From Amoebophrya sp. A120 (taxonomy: Eukaryota > Protista > Dinoflagellata), in contig CAJINV010000001.1 in NCBI GenBank assembly GCA_905178155.1, forward strand, positions 12,832,635 through 12,896,634: DNA of 64,000 bases, read 5' to 3'. The translations under genes and the position numbers were made by a program. Of this stretch, positions 49,664 to 62,600 are shown piece after piece. The first letter of the stretch is position 1. Each line of letters opens with the position of its first letter. The notes under the pieces are model-generated. The model was not told the DNA's origin and ran no database searches. It was given only the letters and a program-made list of their open reading frames with translations.

Positions 49664-52600
49664 CTATTCCATCAACAGGTCCGCCATCGGGGAGGCCGCG
49701 TATTCGTCCGGAAAGTTCTTTTCGAAGGTTTGCACAATCTCGGCGACAAAGTCCGGGCTGTAGACCTTGACCTCGAAGAGAAACTGCAGCAGCTGTTCCG
49801 GTATGCTCTGCAAAGGTATCGCAGTCGTAGTAATTGCAGTCATGCATTACAAATTTTTTTCTTAACGTAAATCCGCATGACAAACTTCATTTCTCATGCT
49901 CTAATGCATTTAATATACGAGTACGATACTTTTGCAGTTCATATCCGGCTCGATCCGGCTGCGCTCCAATTCGTCCGAAAACATCACGTATCAGAGTGCA
50001 CAACTTCTTGGACCTTTGTCCCTCTCCTTTGATTGTCCTACTTTACAAAGCACCATCACAGCCACTGTTTGCCTCTTGGCACTTCTTGTTTTTGCGAACA
50101 GGCAGGGTCATCTGGCAGCCAAGACAACACTGGAATTCTGTGCGAAATTGCCTTTGCCATGCAAAAGCGGCATATATTTTTGTTGACGTTTCTATTGCTG
50201 AAGGCTGATCATGCAGCTGTTAATAATGAAATGCGCTACAAATTATGACGAGCAGGGGAACAAGGGGAACAAGTTGTGCACTCTGATATGACGCGGAGCA
50301 TCTGCACGAAGGTGGTGAGGACCAGCCCGCAGCCGGCCTTCCAGAAGGTGTGCAGGACCACTTGCGCCAATTCCGAAAACTCCGGATCAATCAGAGACAC
50401 ATACACGTACATGCTGATCCGCTCGAACAACCCGGCCCTGGTGTTGTGAAATCATTGTGGAAATGAATTTAATTTTTTGGAAACATCATGCACGAGTAGG
50501 TAATCATGCTTCTCATGGTGGTGCGTGCAGGCGAAAGGCTAAGGCAAGAAGAAAGCACGTGCAACATGCACCAAAGTCGTGTGTTAACTGCCAGTAATTT
50601 GAAAGAACTGAAAGTATTGTAGCTATATGATGTTGATGTGGTCATATATATTGCCTCCGAAATACAGCGAGCGAATCAATTCATACGTAGCTTTGAACTC
50701 TACCAGTCTTCCTCCCCCAGCGTGAGGTCTATGTCTCTGATGCAGGCGAGTAGCAGCTCGAGATGGGCGGCGTCGAAGTAGTCTAGTTCCGAGGCCTCCA
50801 CGTCGTCAACGAAAGCTGACGCGATGTCAAACCCATTCCACAACTGGCGCAAGCAAACCTCGTCGTACGCTCGGGAAGCAGGGCCCATCACGTAACTGTG
50901 GAAAGATTTTATCAAGACGTGCTGCACTTCCTGCAGGACCCCGTCGCAGACTGAAAAAGATGCAGATCATCATCAAGAAAAGCAGACACTATACTGGAAA
51001 AAAATGGAAAATGAACATTTCAACTGCTGCAAATATATGAAGAATAGGAGTGCGAGACTCAACGCATCCAAAACTATACTTCAGTCTGTGCACAACCATT
51101 CCGAGTCGATTTACGCTCATTTCGGCGTCTATCAAATGTAAAAATGTCTGGGTCTGGAAAGTTGTGATGCTGTGTGGCGTGCCATGCATGAGGAGGCCAC
51201 GATTGCTGGCTCAGCATGACAAGTTTCTGAGCTTCTAGGTGTTGCCTATTCTGCATGACAAACTACGTTTCTGCATGACAGAAAAGTGGGGCTCTTTGGT
51301 AATGTGCATGACAGATTTAAGAGTCATGCCAGACAAGCATGACAAACTTGCATTCTTCCAGACCCAGACATTTTTACATTTGATAGCATCCGCCAACAGT
51401 CTCTGTCGTAGCGGCGCCGGCTGCGTCACTAGTATCTGGTAGGAAATAAAGGAATACATAATTGTAAAGGTGGATTCGATTGCAAAACAAGCTGCGGGGT
51501 ACGACTATCAATTTTGAAAAAAGCTGAGCAACGCGCAACCATATCAGCACGCACGTCTACACCAGGATGTACTTAGAAAGTCTATCAGTACCCTAACGTA
51601 GAGCGGCAGCAGCTGCTCCTTGAATTGCGGATGGACCAGGAGCAATACTACGTTGGCGAGCCCCACCTGGAGGACATTTCTCGAGTTAGTTGGAATAAAG
51701 ATGGACTGCACAAAGTGCATCAGCAGTTTCTCCGTTTCCGGTGGCCTCGGCGGCGCCGACGCTTCACTTGAGCTTGCGGATACTGACGAAATGGATTATG
51801 TGGATAGAATGCCAATGCAGTTGCAGCCGTTTGTTCTTTTGAGTTTTGACTTGTTGTACACTGTACAGGCCAAGTCTCACAATTTGTTATCATGATGCGC
51901 GAAAAATACCCTCGCGAACAAGTAGAGCGAATGCTTGTTACGAGTAGCAACAATCTTCTTTCTCTATGCCTGTAGACCCACTTACCTAGATTCAGCAGCA
52001 AATGGCAGGCGAGAAGGAGCAATTGCGCCTGGACTTCCCACCACGTGTCTTGTGCGAGGTTTTTCATTGCCGGTACGAGGGCGAAAACGCCTTCCAGAGA
52101 TATGTCCTTGGCTTCCGGGGCGTAGCTGTGATAGAAATTATTGTAGGCGAATCTATAACGACCACGACGCTCCTGCTCCTCTTCTTCAGCATCAATTTCA
52201 TGATCACGGCAGATCGATGAAGAAGGAGATCGAGGTCTACGCAACCAAAATAATCCACAAAGATAGTGTAGCAATGTCGCCCCAAGGCTAGAAGTATCCG
52301 CACGGTGGGTCGATGCTACGCTGTACTACTTCGTTGCATCACGGTTTTTCATCACCTGGAAGGAAGAAAAAAGAAAATAAGAAGTACTCGGCGGTTTTGT
52401 TGTAGTCGTAATCCTCCTTGGCACTGACGATCTGCGTTAATATACTCAACCCGAATACTATGAGGAGAAAAAAGTGTTACAGTTACACATTGTCATGCAA
52501 GACGGGCAACACAGCCAACCTTTCTCATGCAGGAAATGCTTTGGAGTTGGAGCCTCGTTTCCTTCCTGTTTTCCCTTATGATCTTTGCATTGCAAGTTTT

Positions 52601-54915
52601 CTTTGTCATGCAGAGGAAACTTGTGATGCTGAAGTTACAGCAGATGTGTAACTGTAACACTTTTTTCGTGGGATAAATACCCGGACGCGAGGGGACGCGT
52701 CTTGGATGCCCAGTTGGGCGTAATACAGGTACAGGTCTAGCAGCGTCGGATCCTGTTGTAGATATTCATGTTGACATGTGTTGAAAAGCATTTTGCTTCG
52801 GCGGATCTGATCTCCATTTCCAGTCATCTCCAAGGGACCGTCGGACTGCTGTTGACGCTACCCTCATGTAAATAAGGCGGTCTTGTTGAGACCCGTTAGA
52901 TATCCTGGCGACCGTTGAAGGCAATGCATGAAAGCAGTTGTACAACTTACCCCAAGGAGTCCCATCTGCGCTTCTATACCGACGAGGAAAGACAACAGAT
53001 TTACGTACACCCCGACTTCGGCAACTCGCTCCTTCAGGTGCCTTAGCGCTGCAATGTGCGCCTGCGACGTGTCACCGCTGTAAGAAAACACGAAGTCGGC
53101 CACCGCCTCCCGCTTACTGCCGACCAGCGTCGCCAGCTTGGCCATGTCCGGAAGGCCTCCGTCGATCCACAGGTGCTCGGTGATGACCGGATCCGTTTTA
53201 GACAGCGTGGCGCCGAGGCGCTTCAAAAAGTACGCAATGCCCTCGAACACGGGGTTGTCGTGGCTCAGCGAGAACAGCGGCTGGCTGAACAGGGTAAAAA
53301 TTTTCGAAAACTCGGGTGGGTTCTTCAAACATGTCTCGGCGATGCCGCGCAAGACGCCCTGCCCGGTCAGGGACTCGAGTATTCTAAGTGTAATCCCCTC
53401 CGGAATCTGCTCCACGTGCTCCATGAAACTGACCACCTGCAGAATGAAGTGCAGACTCAGTCGCGATGGATTTGTTGTTAAGGATGCACGACGGCGGGGG
53501 AACAAAATCAAAGTGCGCCATAATATTTTTTGCAGTAATTGATTAAAAAATCAAAGTTCAAATTGCAGTCCTACTACTTCATCTCACAAAAATGAAGAGG
53601 TCCCTGCTTCTGGTACCAGGTCTTTTCTTGGATCGATGATGCGGTAGCAGTCTGCATCAATGGCTTCGGCAAAGATGGGCTTCATTATGGCGAGACAACT
53701 CTCTCCGGACACGGCCCCGTCGTCGAGGCTCCGGGCGGACGCCGAGGTCGCGAGCCGGCTGTGCTGCCGGAACATGGTCAAGTTTTTACTGATCGGCTTT
53801 ATGCTTGCCTCCTTGATGTCCAGGTGCGAGATCTCGAACTGTTTGTCGGTCAATTCGCTTCTTCATAGGAGTCGATGTCCAAAAGAGCAAGGTCCGTTTC
53901 ACTAAAACAGGCCGCCCCATGGCGGGATTCACTACGGCAAACAATTTCTACTGAAACTGAGTTCAAGTTCTTCCAGGGGTACGAAGATAATGATAAACAA
54001 AGAACAAAATCCATGAAATAAAAAGTTTTTTTAGTACATTGCTACTGACGACCCTCGGCTCGCCCCTACCGGAGTGCGCAGGTCTGCTAGTCCGTGCCGT
54101 TGACATCATTTGCGCTTGTTCTCGTTTCGCTGGCTCGGGTGGATCCGGTTCCTTTGCAGTAGTTGAGGCTGCCCTTGAAGCCGCGTCATCGGCGCCCTTT
54201 ATCGAAGCGAAGAGAAATGAAATCGATGCTGATTCCAAATGTGATTTAAGTTTTTTCAATAGAACCCCTGGAGGAACAACTTGTTCTTTTAGATGAAGCC
54301 ATGGCGTCGATACAAACTAACTGCCTATATCGCTCTTCTGGCTGGCCTCCAGCAGTAGAGATCTTTTCATCTTTTTCGGCATGTAGGGTGAATGTCTTCA
54401 GTTGCTCGTCATGCCACCCTATCAGTATCTTTTGCAAGACGCATTCGCTTTAGGAATCATCCAGGCGACTTTATCTTCTCGTCGATATCTCCAGTGGCGG
54501 CGGCACTGGCGTCTGCGGGTATGGTTTCTACGAGCGCATTGTAGTCCACGGCCACGCGCTTGGTTAAAAATGTGTACAGTTTTTTCATGAGCGCGACGCT
54601 CGCGCCGGCGACATTGTTGATTACCGGATCGAAGTCCGGCCGGCCGATGTCCACCTTATGTTTCACAAAAAATTTCAGCAACTGGTCCCAGTTATCCCGC
54701 TTGATCTTCAGCTGCGTACCGGCCTCGTATGAGTGCATGTGGATCTCCTTCGGGTGGTACCTGGAGAGCACTTCTGCCACCAAGAATCCGTTGCTGAAGT
54801 CGCGCCCGACATTCACGATGGCGAAACTCAAGTCCAGTGACTGTAGCCACTTTAGAATCTCCCGAGGCAGCCGCGTTTGCGGCTCCACCCCGTCGGTTGG
54901 CCGTCCTGGGAACAT
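49664..54915 (-). CDS. SPATA4/SPEF1-like CH-domain (DUF1042) protein with a long helical C-terminus; four introners plus several GT-AG introns
   Basis: LPREILKWLQSLDLS..RDFSNGFLVAEVLSRY..KRDNWDQL. The last exon ends PMADLLME*. Some internal exons are only approximately traced. Confidence 0.75.
49802..49943. mobile_element. Introner element, family A (142 bp)
   Basis: TIR TATG..CTGCAAA.GTATCG. DR TCCGG at 49797-49801 and 49944-49948. Removal joins RIEP|EQLLQF. Confidence 0.92.
49989..50288. mobile_element. Introner element, family C (300 bp)
   Basis: Perfect 18-bp TIR TATCAGAGTGCACAACTT. DR TCACG/TGACG. Removal joins MLRV|MFSDEL. Confidence 0.9.
51130..51385. mobile_element. Introner element, family B (256 bp)
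   Basis: Perfect 30-bp TIR TATCAAATGTAAAAATGTCTGGGTCTGGAA. DR GCGTC/GCATC. Removal joins LAD|AEMS. Confidence 0.92.
52459..52675. mobile_element. Introner element, family F (217 bp)
   Basis: TIR TAT.....GAAAAAAGTGTTACAGTTACACAT. DR AATAC at 52454-52458 and 52676-52680. Removal joins RVRV|FGLSIL. Confidence 0.92.
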
Positions 54916-56607
54916 TTTTCGACCGCGGCTCAACACTAGTAGATGCCACCAAGCAGTAAGAAAGCTGCGTCGAATAAAGCTTCCTACCACGGTCGATTGG
55001 GCGCGTCGTCCTGCTCAGCAAGGGAGCATGTTCTTGCCAGTTCTTGTACTCAACATGAAAAATCGTTGTAGTTTATTATCCGGTGCAACGCGCCGCCTTC
55101 GCGCTGCGCGCGCACCGAGTGCGGGGAAACGACCATGCAATCGTCTACTGCGCGCTTGGTAAACTAAATGAGTCTTGTATTATATTTCAATTCCGTTGAC
55201 AACAGTCTGCCTCTGCACTTTTCATTTTCTGCAGCATATTGAGTTCGGGAACAAGCCTGCGACGGCGAACGAGAAATCTCCGACCCATCTCGAATGTCAA
55301 GCTCGAGTTTCGACGCGACTCGCAATACAAACAGCCTTGCCCTTGCCCCCTCTCGTCGTCGTCGTCGTGCTCGTGGCCAAAAAGAAGAACTACAATAAAC
55401 ATGGACGCTAGGCTAGCCAGAGGAACGAATCTCCTCCACACAGCATTGATTTCTATTGCTTTGTCACTCCAACATACTACACATACGAAATCGAAAACAC
55501 GTGAAGCGCTCTGATTGTTGACACTCAACGGCACTCAGCAATCAAGTGCTGACTGTATATTTCACACATGTTTGTAGACGAGAACGTAACGTGACTGAAG
55601 CATCAGCATCAGAAGAGGAAAACGTCAGTCATTTTCCCCGTCACGCCATATTAGCGTGGCCTTTATGGTCATATTTTCTTGTAAACAGCTAGCCCGTAAT
55701 ATCATTATCCAAATCCATCCAAGGATCACCAGTCGGCCGTCGTCAAGCAGCAAATCGCGGTATCTTCTCTTCCATCCTCAAGCTAGCAACTTTTATATAA
55801 ACATTGTACAATTATGTGTCATGGTTTCATTTCCTTTTTTCAAACCCGAGCCCCAGCAGGTTGAACTACTAGCATTGAAGGATGAGAGTCAACGAGTCAC
55901 GATAAGGTCCCGCTCATTCTCATGCTGCAGGCCGCGGTAATTTTTCTGATCTTGCCTAGTAATCAAACAGTAACAGATAGTAACGTAAGTTGTAAGTTGA
56001 AGACGATTGTTGAATAGAAGCACAGGGAGGTTCTTTGAAGATCATTTCTGAGGTGACGATGAGCATTTGCAATGAAACTACATATTAAATGAGATGACTA
56101 TGATGTTGTACAGCAATTTTACATTTCCATCTGTCAACATTCTCGATGACACTTACAACCATAAAAGTCAAGTAGCAGCCTTAGAAATATTCATCAAGGA
56201 AACTTCGATTTTGCATAAAGTGGATAAAAAATGTTTTGCGAAGATAGCAGTCGCGCATCGTCATGCAGAACCTGCGACGAGGCTTGACGCAATGTCACGT
56301 TGTAATAAGTAGTAATGTAATGAACGGTATTAAGGGGCGCCATCTGCATCTATTAGAATGCCGACGTTTTTTTATCGAGTAGTCCCGACACGGGACGTGT
56401 AGAAGCGTTCAAAAAAAAAGAAAGTTGGAAAGATGCAGGTGTTGAGTGGAAACTCGGGTTTTACAGCCGTCCGCGCCGCGTGGAAGAGGATGGAACTACA
56501 GGGTAAGTAGGCCCCGAGGAGCGGGCTACGCGTACAAGGAGTTTTCTCAGTATCACGACTCGATGGACTTCTCGTCTGGTAGGAGCGAACTTCTTCCAGC
56601 AATAAAC

Positions 56608-59600
56608 TTATTTTCGGCGAATGAACACACCCTGTTCCATCTCGACCGGGTCAAAGTCTCCTAGCGGCTCGTTGAGCAAGCGGCTGACGATCTCCGCGGG
56701 CACCTTATTGAACTCCATATCTTCGAAATTTCCCCGCAAATCCAGCACCGCCAGCGCAGCGCTCGCCGCTGCGGCGTAGACCAGTGCGGAGAACGCCTCG
56801 TCACTGCGGAAAGCGATCTCGTTGTTGGAGAGGCACAGGAACTGGATTGTGGGGTGCATGGCCACCATCTCCGCGAACCTCAGAGCGCCCAGCTCGCGCA
56901 CCCGGTTGCTGCCCAAGTCGACGGAAAGCACGTTCAGCAAGCTGGTTTCCACCTCGCTGTGATGCAGCTCCGAGCCGCCGATGCTTTCCGCGAGCGCCAT
57001 CGCGCCAGATTCGGTGATGTTATTCTCGGACAGATTCAACGACGAGAGGCGCGGCAGCGACTGGATGCTGTGCGCAATGCACACGGCGCTGATGTCGCTC
57101 ATCTGATTCGCCTGCACGCTCACGTGCACTAGCGTAGATCCACACTTCACCAACGAAGTAAACCTGAGATTTGGTTGTATTGATATATATAATCACGAAC
57201 TGGTACTGGAGGCTAAACTTCTACATTATGTACACAATGACAATCCAGGCCCAGTAGCTTTTACTCTGCGTTCACGCTTCACTATTTGTTCCTGGGTTTT
57301 GGAATTTTTGTATGCGCGTTGCAGTCTTGTGAGCTTCGAGAGGACGACATTTTTCCACCGCAAAAGTGCAACAAAAAAAAATCAGATATAGAAGCGAATG
57401 CTTGTACAGGTCCACCACGCCGGAGTCCCCTAAGTTGTTGAATGCCAGGTTCAGGTGCGTCAGCGACGCTAGGTCCAACTGGTCCGCGGCACCCAAGTCC
57501 CAACTCAGGGGGGACATGGAAAGAAACAGGTGCTGGATGTCCATGGAGCTGACCGAACCCAAAATGTCGCCCACCACGGCGGGATCGACGAAGGGAAAAC
57601 AGATGCGGTGCTTGGCCAGTCATCCTGTGGAAAAAACTTCGAGTTGTCGTGCCAACGTTGACTCTTCTGCTTGCAAAATTATACTTTGCAGCACACCAGA
57701 TCGACACGCACAGGCAAAACACAACATATAATTGGTTTTGGCAAAAAAATTGCATGCAAATAAAAATACTTAAAACAGACCACACGGACTGTGAAAATTG
57801 AAATTCTAAAATTCGAATTGCCAGGACAACGCGAGGATATGTTTTTTCCATTTTCCTAGGAGCTTGTCGCTGTAGATGTCGGAGTGCGTCAGGTGCACCT
57901 CATCGTTTCCATACAGTGTACGGAAGCAGTCGTGCATGCGCTGGCTGTTGATGTTGTTTACATAAAGCGGCTTGGCGGGTAGGTCCGTGAGTGCGGCTGC
58001 GCCGTCTGCGGTTGCCGAGCCTCCTCTTATCGCCGCGTCCTTCCGCGCTTTCCGCTTCACCAATTTCTCCACCAGGTGCCCGAAAATGCCCGCGGGGCCC
58101 GCTGTGTTGACGTGCACCGTTTTTGTGACCGCCTTCACGACCGTATCCATTATGGAGTTCTCAAATGTTACATTCTCAACTGTTACATGATTTGTCATGC
58201 AAAATTACCTTGACTATCGACGCCATCAAGCCGCTTCGCGCGGCAAATTCTCATACGGCCAAACAGGCTCAGAATCTGTGTCAAATCTGTCATGCAAGAC
58301 GCGCAAGGTCCTTCCTTTCTTTTCACATTTGCCATTCTTGCATCACAAATTCATGCAACAGTTGAGAATGTAACATTTGAGAACGCCATATCCATTTCTT
58401 CTTGGTTCTGCATTAGGAAAATGGTGCCGTCGTCCTGGATGTGCATCCCGTGCTCGGCAGGAATCTTTGGAATCACACTCAGCTGCACTTTGGTGCTCAC
58501 GGGAGTGGCGCGGAAAAATCGTACTATTTCCTTCAGCTCACGCTCCAGCTTAGACCTGAAAATTCGACGTGTAACAACGAAAATCAGTACTAACAACACC
58601 ACATAAATCCACAATCACAAAACAGTGCGATGTGATCAATCGGAAGTCAACATCCACCTGGACAGGACGTGCTGGACAAAGTAAATTTTTCTGCCTGTAC
58701 CTGATGACTATTGGTGGCACGAAAGGCGCGGTGTTTCCGGTCGGTGCTCGACTGACGTCGTGTCTACGCTTGCTGCACTTTTGCTCCATGGCTGCCAGCT
58801 CGGACTCCATGTCCATGTTGTGTGTGACCAGGAGATGCACGTGGCAGTGTGGGATTGCCGGGAAGGTGTGCAGGACGTGCGCGAAGAAGTGCGCGTCGCA
58901 TTCCGACAGAACGCTGTTGCCCACCGCTTGGTCGACGTCCACGCGGATCACGGCGGGCGGCAGGGGTTTTCCGGCCGTCGTGGCGACGGTAAGCGCCTCG
59001 ATATCGATGCCGTTCAGCACCTTCAGGCTTTTCAGCCCCGCGCTGCTGGGTTCCTGCTGGACGCTGGCCGCCTCCCCGAAGGCGGTCAGTGCAATCTTGG
59101 ACCGGAGCAGCTGGTACAGCTCGAACGCCGTCCGCGCGCGGAGTTTCGGGCAGTACCGGACGGTCAGCTTCTCCAGCGTCGGGCAAGCGTTTTCGACCGA
59201 TAATTGCTTGCACAAAACCGCCACCGCTGCATCCGTCAGGGACGGGTTGCGCGACAGGTTCAGCTCCTGCAAAAACGGAAGCGATGTCGACGAGGGGAGG
59301 CCTGTCGTTTCAGAAACAAAAGAAAGATGCGGGGCGTGGGAATATCACTTTCGAATTGTGATGTCAAAAGCAAAAGCTTAAGCTACAGGCTGAAAAGTGC
59401 TCATACGTATCACCACCATCTCAATCAGGCCTACGCTGCGCTCAAGTATCAGTGGAGAATGAGTCCAAGCAGAAAACGTTCAACAGATCAAGTAAACAGA
59501 AGAGATGTCTCTATGACCACTATGATCACTACACTTCTTCTAAAATGAAGTAGTACCGTCCGCGGGTGTGAAGCACTTGAGCAAGCCGCAAAGACCACGC

Positions 59601-62600
59601 ACGCCAACATCGGTGATGGTGTGTCCCTCCATTTTTAGCGGAGAGGTGTTGGGTTCCGGCCACACGACGTGCGGCCAGAGTTTTAGCCTGGAGAGAAGCC
59701 CGAGCGAAAAGTCGTTCCACACCACATCGTTGGCCAGTATGGCCCCCTTGACGCTGTCCGTCCCAGTAACCTGACCCTTCTTCTCTTCGAGTAGTCTCAT
59801 CAGCGGAATGCCATTCACTGTGCGGAGACGCGAAGAAATTTCGGAAACCGCTGACAGCAGCAGATTAGCGCCCCGATTGCTGGTGTGATAGCGTTGTTTT
59901 GTGGTCACGACTCTATCGATTTTTGACAATTATGGTCTCGCGTACAACTGAGAAGACCATCCCCCTTTTTATTTTTTTTTGTTCATCTTGCAGCTGCATC
60001 GATCGATTCTGATACTTGTTTGGTTATGTTCATCTGCAGATGCCGATGTGGATCACTCCTTCATGAGGAGAAAGTTGTAGTACCAGGTGTTGAATCAGGA
60101 GCTGCGATCCATCGAATTCGAAAGACGCTTACCTAAGAATATGGAAAACTCAAAACCGCTGTATTGGTATTTAATGAAGCAGTATCATGTACCTGAGCTT
60201 CAAATTCACGAAGTCCAGATTTTCCAGTGATGGCAGCGCGAGCAGGGCGTCGCAAATGTAAGCCAAGGTTGAATCGGATACCGCGTGATCCTTCACCTGG
60301 ATACTGGTAAGCTCGGGAAAGTTGGTCGACGTTACCAGGGACGCAAACAAGTAGCCGTCTCCCTCGTCTAGCGTGACGTATTCGCTGGCGAAGGCCGTGG
60401 CGCAGTAGATGTTGTTGCTTTCGTTCTCTTTCTGCTCTTCCTCCGCCAGTTGGGGCACCGGAATGCCGTGGTGATCGAACTTCAACTCTCGCATCGTGGT
60501 ATGCAGGGCAAAAATCGTTGTATCGTTGAGGTTGCCGTACTACCCTTTTTTCTTTGTCACCAATAAAAATACGCTAGTACCAACTACAGAGACAAGACCA
60601 TACATCATCTTCATGGTCATGGTGTCACACACGAGCTTCAAAAAGTTCAGGCACTGCCTCTCCTGCGTGGAGGCTTTCTAGGATCACGTTCACGATGTAA
60701 GTTGTATCATATTTTCATGTCAAAAACTTACTCCACGTATGTACACCCTCTACGATACCTTTTTTTCCCACAATATTTCTGCGCGTCGTCGACCACGACG
60801 GGAATCTGGTTCAGTGTGAGCAAAGTGTTGTTCTTCTCGAGCAGACTGATGATGTACAAACAGTCCTGCTTGTCCAATCCGTTCCCCCTCAGGTCCAAGG
60901 ATGCTATTGTGGGGCTGGACAATAGCGACTCCAGGCACACGCGGAGAAAATCACTGCTGAAACTCTTGTATGAATTGCAAAAAGATCTTTGGTCACAGTC
61001 GCCTGACAGAAAGATGGAAGAGCAATACATATACGATCTTAACTTTAAATTGGTTGAGACGAGGATGGTTGTGATCGAGATTGTCTCTTGTCCTTGAACT
61101 ATAAAGCTCGCTTGTACTTCAACACCTTGCATGGTTATTGAGCTTCTCGCTCCTCATCCCGTACAAACGAAACTTCTCACCTCAACATCATGGCAGAATT
61201 ACTTACTGCATCAACTTACTGTCAATGTATGTCATCCTGCCCGCAAGATCATGACGACGACCACATGCTTTAACATTTTTTTTCCCGTAGCTGGCTCGAG
61301 CTCGTTGCTTTCTGCAGGACGGACTCGGTGCCGAGCTTGGTGCCCACCGGGTCCCAGTGAAATTGCTCTACCTCGTTGGGGTCTATTTCCAGGGCGGAGA
61401 ACCCGGGTAGGTCCGTAAGCTTCTCCATCCCGCCGCCGGGCGCGTCGTTTTCGAGGTACTGTCCCGGACGAAATTTGCATCGCGGCTTCGCCCAGAGCGC
61501 TCGGCTGGTGTTCGGCCACTCGTCGCACCGCAGATTGCCGATCAGTTGCTTCAGGTTGACTTGGCAGAGCGACACTTCCCGCAGCTGCAGGGTGGTGTCC
61601 AGCGTGGGCAGCTCAAACGCGAGCGGGGTGTGCCCGCCAAGGTCGTCGGGGTAGAACTGCCCCCCTTCCCACTTGCCCCCGCTGGCTTCGGGGTAGTAGT
61701 ACTCTTTCGGCGTGGTTACGCAAGGGATGTAGACCTGGGGCGCGTAGGTGTCGTTTTTGGCCCACCCGTCCACCAGAACCGCGCCCAGGGCGTTTGCGAA
61801 GTCGGTGAGCGTCATAGCCACCAGGGCGTTTTTCGGGACCTGGCCCACCGCGCTCGTCATCACCTCGAAGCTCTTCGAGGCCGCGGAGCTGATGCCCTGT
61901 TATCAAAAGGAAAAATCCCCCCTCCCCATATCGAAACGAAGTTTCTGATGCTGGATTTGCGTACCCAAATCAGATCTGTCTTGCTGGCGAGGACTGCAGG
62001 CGCCTGCCAAGCCTGAGTAGAGAGCTTTTGGCCTAGGCGCTTAGCATGAGAAACGTCTACGCTGTAGGCCCAACAGCATGACAAACCGCCTGCATAGTGC
62101 GGCAGAGCCTGCGGCGTTGTCTTCTTGCAAGACAGACTTGATTTGGGGTCTCAAATCAGCAAGACAAATTTTCGGAAACATACCTTTTCGATATGGGGAG
62201 GGGGGATTTTTCCTCTCAATACCTGTTGCAGCTTCACCAGGGACGCCCGCTGCGCCTCGCTGAAGACCTTCGGAACCCGCCGCGTCTGGAGCCACTTGCG
62301 GTCCAGCCGTATTCGCTCCAGGTCCTGCTTGCTGTCGGGACTCTGGAAAACGTCCACCAGCGCGTCCAAAACCGTTTCCAGCCGTTCGAGCCCGAACTCG
62401 CGTAAGTTTGGCAGCAGCTTGGCGGCGCGGACCATTTCAACGGCGGTGTTCTGGCTGCGGAGCCGCAGGTTGTGCACGAAGGGAGGGATGTTTCGGTTCC
62501 CGTTGTTCTCCTGCAGGTAGGCCGCGATTGCCTGCTGCGTCTGCGCCACGCCGCTCGCTTTCTGGTCGAGGAAGTGCAGGTATGAGAGTGCACAATTCCC

